NCBI GenBank assembly: GCA_905178155.1
Contig: CAJINV010000007.1
Location: forward strand, 1,000,627-1,064,626
Direction of reading: 5' to 3'
DNA from: Amoebophrya sp. A120
Lineage: Eukaryota > Protista > Dinoflagellata
Length of the DNA stretch: 64,000 nt
Made by a program: the position numbers and the translations under genes. Below are positions 50,981 through 61,449 of the stretch, piece by piece; position 1 is the stretch's first letter, and the number at the start of each line of letters is the position of its first letter. Under the pieces are notes generated by a model. It searched no databases, had not been told where the DNA came from, and saw only the letters and a list, made by a program, of their open reading frames with translations.

Positions 50981-51332
50981 CTCGACAAACACCTCAACAT
51001 ATCCCGGACGATGTGAAGTCATGATGGGCAACGCTCTCGATTGATGTCTTTCGCAGAAAACTAAGCGCAACAATCTAAATCTTGACACGACACATCGTCC
51101 GAGTTTATTACGCGAAAAGGAACGTGTACGTGATGTCTTCATCGAGTATCTTCTGTATTGTCAGTTGTTAAGTAGAATCGAAAGCGGTAGCAAAGCAATA
51201 GAACAAAGGAATAGGCGCAAAATTTGTTCATGGGGGAGTACACTTCTATACAGGATTTCTATCTTCTTTTCCGAAAAATTTATTCTACCGAAGAGTGTAG
51301 AAGATGAAGAAGAAGATATCGACATCGCAGCA

Positions 51333-54300
51333 TCACAACTCCCGCACCTCTTCCTCGTCGAACTCGAAATCGTTTTCGCTGGAACTACCCATCGCGGCCC
51401 CACCGGCCACCCCACCACCGTAATTTGGATCTTCATTATCGTTTTTCATTTTCAACCGTTCATACTCCAAAAACACCATGTCCGCGATAACCGCGTGGCC
51501 CTCCGCATCGGGGTGCAGCCGGTCGAAAGCGTACTGCCCGCTCGGGTCCTTTAAGGTGAAAAATTTCGGGGTCGTGGAGGTGGAGGATGTTCTTGCAGGA
51601 TCATTGTCAGGCTTGGTGTAGTTCTCTGCGGAGGCGGATGTCGCAAACTCCGAGGTCGATTTGTCATCCAAATCTACTACGCCGATAGGTTCTTGTTCGA
51701 GTGAGTTAGAATTTGCCGCACCTTGTTCGTTCAGGCGCAAAATTTCCGCCAGTACGCCTTCCTTGTACATCTTGTAAAAGTACGGCGGGCTCTTTAACGC
51801 CGGAACGTCCCGCAGGCTTGCGTGGTGTTCCACTAGGGGGAAGATCAGGATGACAAATTTCGAAAAGCTGACCGCCTTTTCCAAAACCTGTCTCATGTTG
51901 TTCACGAACAGATTCACCGCGTTATGGAGTGCGCAGCTGTGGGTTGGACGAAGTGAACTGGAATGATTTGTCCCTTCGTCTAGCCATCTGAAGTCTAGCA
52001 TGGCAAATCTCTGACACGAGAACAACTCCAAACGAGGTCAGACATGGCGTCGGCTTTTACTCTTTATGCAACACAAGTTTTGACATTTGCATTTCATTCC
52101 AGTTTAGACTGTCCCCCCCCCAGCTGAGCTGTCGATACGCGTCCACACTGTTAAACCGGTAGCCGCCAATATGACAGCGCACAACTCCCCCTCCCCCTCA
52201 TTTGTAGGGCATGAACAGCATTACAAACACCAGTACAGGTGGACCCTGTGCATGACAACTTCATGCGCCGCCGAGTAATGTAGTATTGTTTGGATTTCCG
52301 GAATTTGTCATGCACACGGTGCCACAAGGTAGCACCTGAGTTTGGGTTTTTGCATGACAAATGAGGGGAAGGGCGGGGAGTTGTGCACTGTGATAGCCAA
52401 CCTCGTTGGTCCCGAAGAAGATGGTGGTTAGTTCGACTTTCTGTGAAGGCGTTGCCCCAGAACCACTGCTGGTCGCCACATCAACTGGACTCAAAACCGC
52501 TGGAATAATGTAATTCTCCAAAAGATTCTCGTTCGGGGTCTTCGCTTGCAGCTGCATGTCCGCGGCGAGTTCTCTTTGAAAATAATTGGAATTGTTCGGT
52601 CGCCCAGGAGAAACTCCTGTAGAAGATCTTGATGAGAGCACCACCTTCCTGGCGTGCCCGGGCATGAAACTCAGTGGCATGTTGCCCGTCAGGATGGTGG
52701 CGATCGCACCGCTGTTCCCGGCGTTGAGGATTTGCAAGCTGTGCTTCTTTTTCATTTCTTCATTGTCTTTCCCCGGTGGGCCGTGATCAAGATCATTTGT
52801 CATGCTGTTTCCCCGTTCCAGCAGTATCTTCTCGCCCAGCTTGTTGACCCAGAGGTCCGGGCTGGTCACGAAGCCAATATTGAAACCTTCGGTGATGCTG
52901 TCCCCCAAAGCCACAATGTCCGGCGGTCGAGGGGGTGAAGTTGTTGTCTTCGTGTGTGGTGCTGACTGTCGCTGTGCGGTGGGTGCTGCTATACCAGCAG
53001 CACGACCGTATGCTGGCTGCGCAACAGGGGCGCCTCCATACACTGTTTGGGTTTGGTGGTGCGAGGGATCTTGCTTCTGCTGTTCTTGTGCCACGAGGAC
53101 CTGCTGGTGGTATACAGGTGATTGAGAGAAAGAGCCTCCGGCGCCTGGTCCTCCGTGTTGCTGCTTTACAATGGTGTAGCCCGCCGGGTCGTGAGCAGCA
53201 CCGCTGCTCGGTCTGTGATGCACGACGCGTATCACCCCACTTTGGCTTTGCGGACTTTGAAGATGCACCTGCTGGTACCCACCAGCTACACCAGCTTGCT
53301 TTTGCACGTAGTGGATCTTCTGGTGTGAAGTAGTTGAAGCAGGTCCCGCCATTGCGCCGCCAGCGGCAACACCTAGGGGCAGAACTCCGGCTGCGGTGGC
53401 ACCTCCCGTGCTGACCGCAGTTGCGGCCGCGGACGTCGGCAAGACCACCGTGTTCGGCGCCGTCGTGCTGCCTGCGTTTACACTTTCTTGTGCTTCAATA
53501 TCTTCTGAAGGACTTCGACTTCTGCCTGGCTTTTCTGTTTGCTTGCGAGAGCGAGGATCTCCGTGAAGACCCGCCTGCTCCTGCGACGTCGTCCTCGTCT
53601 TCGGCGTGCTGTACGTGGTTAAATCTAGGTTCAGACTCGCCAGACTGCGGGGCTTGGAAATGTGAACCACAGGAAGTTCTTGCAGTTCTGGCACCGTAAT
53701 ATCTTCTGGTGCAACATCGTCGCGCAGTAGAGAAGCTGCACTTGTTGCAGCGGTCGGAACAACTTCGTGGTCATCATGTCCGCGCCGTCGTGGTTCGTCC
53801 GGTGCAGCTGCCAGATGATCTTCGTGCTGTTCGTCCCCTAAACTTGCTATCTCATGCTCTTGAAGTCGATTAGGATCATCTCCTGCATCGTCTGAATCCA
53901 ACGCAGTCCGTAGTTTTCGCACACCAATACTGCTGTCGATCAAATCTCGATGGGAGTCGACGTCAGGAGCATCTGGAATGATCTCGTCGTCCGTGTTTGT
54001 GCTTTGACCAACCTCCTCGTAGTTCTGATTGGTGTTCAACGTTGCATCTTGCAACTCCGGAGAAGCTGTTGCTTCAGCTTCCCCCACCTGTTCTTCTCCT
54101 TGTTTGTCGCCTTGGTACAGAAGTGGTATGATGGTTTGGTCTGGTCGATATGATCTACGTGCAGTCGTGTCCCTGGTCGTGGCGTGATCATCCACGCGCT
54201 CCTCGTCATCTTGAACTACAGGACCAGACGGTCCAAGATAATTCTCGTAGTTTTCATCGTGGTAAAAATCACCTTTGTCCTCCTGAACCCCGCGACCCGC

Positions 54301-54887
54301 TGCACCTGCTCCGAAGCCGTCGCTAGCCTTGTTATCCTCACTGTACAGCCAATCGTAGAAAGAGGATGAAGTGTGAAACTCTTCGGCGGCTGCGAAAATT
54401 TTGTTGACGGCACTTCCATTTCCTCCGTAGTCGCGTTCTTGGTCAACATTTAATACTCTATCGCCAACAAGAAGCCGCGGGGGAGCAGGTAATTTTTCAA
54501 CAATGTCGAAAACAATGGACACGAGCAGGCAGGAAGAAACAAAAGGGTGTAATATCCTGAGGAAAAACGTCCCCACACCAGAGTCAGGATGGGGATTTTG
54601 CGATACAAACTTAGGGGCTTTGTGAGTCACGCGTGACAAGTTGCACTCCGCAGTGTAGTGCAGGTTAGCAAGTATAGCCGCATCACAGATTCGTCTGCTC
54701 ATCCTATTCACAGCGTCACAAATTCCAAAACACGACTGGAAATGGCTCTCATGGGGATGCGCATTACAAGTCTTTCTGTCTTTGCAAATCTGCATTACAA
54801 CTCTGGGGTGGGGACGTTTTTACTCAGGATATGTAAAGACGAGTGGCGGATCCGGCTCAGTTTTGGCGGTTTCATACCACCAAGCAT
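51333..54887 (-). CDS. SGNH/GDSL-family hydrolase with a long low-complexity N-terminal region
   Basis: Block I IVALGDSITEG, block II LNAGNSG, block III FFGTNE, block V DRLHPDAEGH; three introners. Confidence 0.87.
51923..52137. mobile_element. Introner family H-like, degenerate
   Basis: TAT..ATA ends; TSD cgcgt/cgcgt. Confidence 0.8.
52170..52395. mobile_element. Introner family H
   Basis: TIR tatgacagcgcacaactcccc / ggggagttgtgcactgtgata; TSD gccaa/gccaa. Confidence 0.92.
54553..54831. mobile_element. Introner family G
   Basis: TIR tatcctgagNaaaaacgtcccca; TSD tgtaa/tgtaa; 279 bp, inverted copy at 59362. Confidence 0.93.
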
Positions 54888-55663
54888 GATGGTTCAATCT
54901 GGAGAAGGGCTTCGTGTTTTCGAAGTCATAGTGGAAATAATGCAAGTACAACACAGGAGCAATCCCGATCGCAGCACCGTTCAAAATATCAATTTGAATT
55001 TGATCCCACACATAATCCTATTTTTCTTTTTTGTATATACACTTCACTTGTATTCGTCAGCAATAGGACCAGATCAGGATCTTCTTCAGGAACTGCATTT
55101 GCTCGGCCGGGGAACGAATGTGGTGTTTGTCTTAAGCGTAAAGAGTGCGCAGATCTTCGTATTCTACCGAGCGGACCTCGAAGGAGCGGTCAACGTCAGA
55201 ACGACGACGAGGAGCCGCAGTTGTGTGTACGAGGACTGATGACAACCAATCACCTCCTTTATCTAGTCTTAGTCGTAGAAGGAAGACGAGAAAACGGAAA
55301 CGCCCCGTGGCGGCATGACAAGTATTGGCTCCCTCCATCATCTGATCTTGCCATGTGGACGAGGACGAGGCCTTGAAGAGATAAGGAAACCCAGCCTCTG
55401 CTGCAAAAAACAAGAACGAGAACCGTTGTTGTACAAAACACAGCCACAACGGCTTGCCGATGGAGTCGTGCGAATTTTCAGGACCACGTAGATGATGGAG
55501 TTGCGACGTGAATGTTTCTGGTGTTCTACTACTTCGAGTTCAACTTCTGCGTGAAGCAGTTTAATAGTACGCAAATCCAAAAGATCGCTTGTCGCTGCTG
55601 TTGCTGTAATATCTTCACATGTTGCCGTACTTGTTCTCTATCACCGACCTGAGTTCTTCATCT

Positions 55664-56065
55664 TTACCACGCATCAATTTCCCTCTGCACCACATCTTTC
55701 GTTGGTATCAAAACCTGTTCCAATATTTCCAAAATCTCGCCCAACTTGTTCACGTCCGCGGTTGCTTCGCCGTTCAACGTGATTACCAACGGGCCGAAGT
55801 TCCCCTGCAGTACCACCGCGTCGTCGTGTACTAAGCAGATTGAATTGCACTGCCCCAGCAGGTCCACTTTGGTCGTTTGGTCGGTGGTCAGGGAGAAAAT
55901 CGTGGTGAGAATCTGCTCGGACTGCAGATCCGAAGCTTGTTGGTCCCCTCCGGTTTTTGGTGGCGCCCGGAGCACCGCGACGCCATCCCGGTCCGCCACT
56001 GCGATGGAGGTCAGGCCGGTCGTGTCGTCGACCAGTTTGTTGAGGTAGGCGAAGACGTCGGTCAT
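55664..56065 (-). CDS. LAMTOR3: Ragulator subunit LAMTOR3/MP1-like roadblock protein
   Basis: GLTSIAVADRDGVAVLR..TIFSLTTDQTTKV..NSIC..PLVIT matches the MP1 pattern (GLHAIVVSDRDGVPV..FALATDQ..PLVV); intronless, 133 aa. Confidence 0.82.
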   Translation of the reverse strand: MTDVFAYLNKLVDDTTGLTSIAVADRDGVAVLRAPPKTGGDQQASDLQSEQILTTIFSLTTDQTTKVDLLGQCNSICLVHDDAVVLQGNFGPLVITLNGEATADVNKLGEILEILEQVLIPTKDVVQREIDAW

Positions 56066-57163
56066 GATGGTAGAAATTGTTTGGAGTGTCGCTGAAGTTC
56101 TGAAATAAGTACTTACGTAGGTACTCTTTAACTTTAAAATCGATATTGAAAAAGAACGCGAGGGCCACTACTTTTGCTAGTGCTAGCGCTAGGACAACTA
56201 GCTACATCCTGAGGTTACCTGATGTAGAACTTCTTCTATTTCTTGGAGGTCTCATTGACAACCTATCATGATCTGAGGAAAGAAGAGGTCGCTGCTGGCG
56301 GTTGTAAACAACAGACTACTTAAGTACTCTTGCAGACTTTTTACGGACGACGCAGTCGGTAGAAACTACAAGATGTAGATGCAATAAAAATCGGCGACGA
56401 CACTTGTTATGCCGCTTGCAGTGAATAGTGTAGATCGACGAGTTCGTTCTCCGGAGGAGGAGGAGGTTCTTGTGGTTGTGGTACAACTAGAACTACTAGC
56501 GTGATCAATTTTACGCCGCCGCCATTGATCATCGTTTCGTTTACGCGGTCGGCATGTGGTGCCGGCAAATATTACAACCAAGAACCGAACAAGACATGCT
56601 GATGGAAAAGTAAAAGAACAGCTTCGCTGAAGCTCTTAATGCTTGAGATACGGACATCTTCTAGTACAAGATGAAGTAGGTATGACAACTTCTATTAAGC
56701 CAAATTATCATACATCTTCGCGTCGCTCCGTACGTGGTACCGTGCGGCTTCGAAATTCCATAGCAAAACTTGACCGCCACCGCGTGGGATTCGAAATCAA
56801 ACTTTGGATTCTTTCTTTCTTTTTACTTTCTCTTCGTGGTAGCAACAGCCCGCGCTGCAAGCCTGCTTCGCGAAAATTGTAATTGATATATCGAAGGATT
56901 TAGCTAGCCTTTGAGTTTCGGTTGGAAAAAAGTTCGTCAAAGTGCTTATGATTAACTAAATCTGGTTGAAATGTGATAGTTAGAGTTTGGTTTAGGTTTG
57001 ATTATGAAATCGAATTAATACCTCAGGTTCAGCTTTGATCGAGTTGAAGATCTCGCGGTCGCCTCGCATCGCCATACAAAATTCCTTGCGGCTACTTAAG
57101 CTGGAAGTGATGGATGTTGATGCAGGACACGGCATGATCTGGATCGGTGCCCAGTTTCATCGT

Positions 57164-60100
57164 CTACATAATCGCGCAATTTCCATTTCCATCCGGCGCT
57201 CCAGAATTGCCGATCATGTTTTCCAGATCCCGTCGATTTAACCTGCTGGCAAACGCCACCCCGCACCCCTCGAGATCGTCCCAATCGTCGGGCAAATCGG
57301 GCCGCAACATCTGCTTCGGGTCTCGGCTCCCGACGAGCGTCCACCTTATCGCCTTTGGGTAATCCGCTCCCGGGTCGGTGAGGAAGAGGTTTTTCGCTCT
57401 CGTTGACCCCTGCACGCGGGGGGCCACGGTTAAGGGTTTGGTGGAATAGCACCTGTTTTGTCGTAGTTTTGTAGTTTGTAACTTTTTTGCCTGACAAGTA
57501 GAAGGTGTGTTCCACGTAAACTGCATCACAAATCACGTATTGCAACAACTACATACCAAAAACTTACCTGAAAATGAGCCTGTTCACGACAACGTCATCC
57601 GAGTCGACTCCGTCCGGCAATGGTGTTTCCTTCACGTCAGCCAGAAATTTGTTCTTTTCCGGAATTTTGTCGTGAAACTCGCAGGTCACCAAGTACTGCG
57701 AAGCTAACGAGCCGGGCGGTAGCGGTGGTATTTTGAAGCAAGCCGTCGAATCCCGGGCGTTTTCCTGAAAGTTTGACTTCGTGACCAGCGACCATGTGAC
57801 TTCCGGTTTCTCCTGCTGTTGCCGCACGTTGGCTGCGGACAAGGTTTATCGTGAGAAAAAAGTGCTCAAGGTACGTTACACACTGTGATGCAAGACCCGC
57901 AAGACAGACAACTTCTGTCATGCAGGAAATGCTTGATGCCAGCGTCATTTCATTCGTGTTTTCTGTTTTATCTATGGTCTGCACATTACAAGTTTTCTTT
58001 GCCATGCGGAGCAACTTTGTGATGCTGAAATTCCAACAAATGTGTATACTGTATCACTTTTTTCCTGTGATAAGGTTTGCGGAGTGTTTACTACCCTTTC
58101 CCACACTTTCAAGCAGATGGGTAGGTGCTGGAACCGTGTTCCCGCGGCGGACTGAGATAGCCGTTCGTCTGTTTGCATGGTGCAAATGTAGACCTCGTTA
58201 CCTAATTGCTGCTGAATCTGCTGCTCCGCCTGTCTAGACTGGTTATTCGCTGTTCCACCTCCTCCCGCAACGCCGTAAAAGTGCGGATGGTAGGTGAGAA
58301 GAAATTCTGGCTTGTAATCCATCGTGATCAGATCCGCGCTGTCCTGTGCAAAAGTTGTATCGCGCTCGTGGTAAAAGTCGCAGTCACGCATCACAAATGA
58401 AATCGTCTTGTTCTTTCCAAGCGGAATCAGCAAAAACCATTTGTCGTGCTGAGCTAATTTGCGGTGCCATTTTCTCATAGTACTACGTCTACGTCGATAT
58501 TACTTTTGCACATCTTCATATGCGCAAGCGTGCACCGATTCAAACATCGGCTCCGACACGTAGCAGGGGTAAACCGGTATGGGTAACCTCGGACTGGGCA
58601 TGTGCGGGATTGCGCCCCGGTCTCCGGAGTTCACCAACCTGCACTCGTGGATGATTTCGAAGTAGGTGGAAAAATCGAAAATCGACATCCAAAAAAAACC
58701 GTCGTTGGTGGACTCCGCCTGGCCCCATCTCGGGTCGTTGGTCAAATTCCAGGGCACCATATCCACAGAAAAAAACCAATCCACAGCCAATTTGTCATGC
58801 AAAACACGTTTTATCAAGTTACGTGTTTGCCATGCAAAAAATGGATGTGGATGGGTTTTTTTCTGTGGATACACCACGGAGATATCCGACAAGCCCCCGT
58901 CGGCTAGGTACGGCGCCCCGCAAAACATTTGGACGTAGCAGTTCCCCTCGAACTCCGTCACCCGGTTGATTACGTACGGGAAAAACGGGTTGAGCTTCAC
59001 ATTCCGCGTGTCGCAGGCCTTCTGGTTGATCTGCGCCACGAAAATCGCTTCTCGTTGTAGTTCGTGCAGGTAGACGAAAAGGCGGTCTGTGAGAGAGCAC
59101 AACTCCCCCTCCCCCTCCTTTGTCATGCAAAATACCTAATTTACGCCTTGCCTCTACTTGGCACTGTCTGCATCACAAGTCCTGGCAGTGGTCCAAATAG
59201 CACTACATTCCTGTCCAAATTTGTCATGCAAGACATGTATTGTTGCTAACCCTTGTATTGCTGTTCATGCAACACAAACGAGGCGGAGGGGGAGTTGTGC
59301 ACTTTCATACGGTCGACAGAGACATCACACGTGTACCAGAATCCGCCAACTCCGCCGGTCATATCCTGAGTAAAAACGTACCCACACCAGAGTTGTCATG
59401 CAGATTTGCAAAGACAGGAAGACTTGTAATGCGCATCTGCATGAGAGCCATTTTCAATCGTGTTTTGGAATTTGTGATGCTGTGAACAGGATGAGCAGAT
59501 GAATCTGTGACGCGGCTGCACTTGCTAACCTGCACTACACTGCAGAGCGCAACTTGTCATGCGTGACTCACAAAACTCCTAGGTTTGTGTTGCAAAATCC
59601 CCATCCTGACTCTGGTGTGGGTACGTTTTTACTCAGGATAGGTCAAATCCACGAGACATTCCTCGATGCAACCACCCTCTCCGATAATTTCCCAGCCGAC
59701 TGTGTCGAGTTTTCCATTGCAGAATCCATCAAAAAAAAACACCCAGCATCCCCGTCTTCTATATTGGTCATGTAAAACATGAAGCGCAGCCCGTATCTGT
59801 AATGCAAAACCAAAAATGGATGGGGGGGCCGACGAGTCTTTTTCTGTGGATATGCAGTGAAGCTTTGCGTAGGCTTTTTCGACGATTGTGGGCCAGAGGA
59901 TGTAGGGGTAGTCCTCGGAGACGGCGGCGATGGGAAGACCTGATGAGCAATGTAAGTATGGTCTTATTTGCGCGATCGGGATTGTCGTTCAATATGTGAA
60001 GCGATGCTCACGTAAGTTAGTCTAGGATGAACATCAAAGCCGCATCTATCTTCTGGCTCTGCAAAACATCGGCGTTAAATCATCGTCACCTGCCGCGTCC

Positions 60101-61449
60101 ACCGGCATCAGGTCGTCCACTTCACTGGTGCAATACTGCCCGTTTTTGTAGAACGTCAACACGTAAATCCCCCGTTCCACGCTGCTGTACGCGAAAACGT
60201 CGTGTAACAGCTTCGTATGAACTGCAAAAGTATCGTACATACTCGTAGTATTGCAACACAAATTACCTCAGCATGACAAAGAGAATTTGTCATGCTGATT
60301 CAGCTAGAAAATGAAATTTGTCTTGCAGGACTGCGACTTAGTACGAGTAGGATGCTTTTGCACAGGATACTTCGGCCGCAAAGACAACGCTTGCAACGCG
60401 CAGGTTAAGTAGAAATTCTGCAGCCCGCCCTGGTAGACCCGGCCGTAGTGCGTTTTTCCGTTTATGGGGAATAGCCTACCCTTCACGTGGATTTCGCTTA
60501 TTCTGCGCCACTTCTCGACCGGCTCGGCCGCGTCCGGAACTTGCGAATCCGGGTCGTTTCTGTTGATGCAGTAGTAGGAAACGTCGTTGCTCGGCGGGAA
60601 ATCGAAAATGGTGACGCGTTGGCTCGAAGACTGCGTTGTCTGTTCGGGGTCGTCGAACTGGATGGAGTTTCAATTATTTGCATCCATCTTTGTTTAATAC
60701 AATCAATATACGCCTTGCAAACAGCGACGAGATGAGACAAGACATGACCTAATCCTAGGTAAACCTATACCTATCTGCACTCTGCATGAGAAACCAACCC
60801 TTTACCAACTAAACTACCAGCAAACTACACAAATGCCTACCTCCAGCACCCTGTCATTGGTCCACTTTTTCTCCCTGACTCTCTCCATCAGCAGAGAGAA
60901 TTTCCGCATGGCCATGTGCCGTGCACTCAAGTAGTTGTTCGCGGCGTGAAACCACCTGGGTTGCTTCTTCTGTGCCGCGGTCGGCGTCGGTTGCTTCTGG
61001 TTCATATTGACCGTAACTGCGGTGGGTTGGGATTTTGGCGGAGCATTCGCATTCGCTCCTGCTGCTGGCCCCAGTTGCTGCTGCTGGGACTGTGTTTTCG
61101 CAGCATTGGGTGGCAACACCGTGTTTGCCATTATCAACTGTAAAAATGTCTGGGTCTGGAAGATTGCAACTTGTCATGCTAAATCTGCAGCATGCAAAAA
61201 TCTGTGTTGCATGATTACCAAAAGTCGCCCAATTTTGACCAAGTCGGGAGGTAGTTTCTCATGCAGGATAGGCATTAGACAGTTCTCGCAGAATCTGTCA
61301 TGCTAGCTCCGGCATTCCAGACCTCATGGGTCATGGAAAAGCAGCATGACAAATCGTGCATTCTTCCAGACCCAGACATTTTTACATTTGATAGCCATTG
61401 GATCTGGACCACCGGCAGAGGCGCCGGTGCGCAAATCGATCGGCGCCAT
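57164..61449 (-). CDS. Calpain-like protein (CysPc domain), catalytic triad substituted
   Basis: FDFPP, WRRISEI, VYQGGLQNFY, GIYVLTFYKNGQY..VDDLMP, LWPTIVEKAYAKLH, LVDLTGG, DGFFWMSIFDF. Contains eight introners plus other introns; ends approximate. Confidence 0.83.
57847..58072. mobile_element. Introner family J
   Basis: tatcgtgagaaaaaagtg / cactttttcctgtgata; TSD aggtt/aggtt. Confidence 0.85.
58340..58520. mobile_element. Introner family B, degenerate (TGT terminus)
   Basis: TSD cgcgc/tgcgc. Confidence 0.8.
58760..58871. mobile_element. Introner family C
   Basis: TSD cacca/cacca. Confidence 0.93.
59088..59309. mobile_element. Introner family H (TGT terminus)
   Basis: TSD cggtc/cggtc. Confidence 0.88.
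59362..59640. mobile_element. Introner family G
   Basis: TSD ggtca/ggtca; rejoins VDLT|GG on the minus strand. Confidence 0.94.
59723..59852. mobile_element. Introner family C, degenerate (AAT terminus)
   Basis: TSD tgcag/tgcag. Confidence 0.82.
60216..60369. mobile_element. Introner family B
   Basis: TSD cttcg/cttcg. Confidence 0.92.
61132..61393. mobile_element. Introner family A
   Basis: TSD gccat/gccat. Confidence 0.92.
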
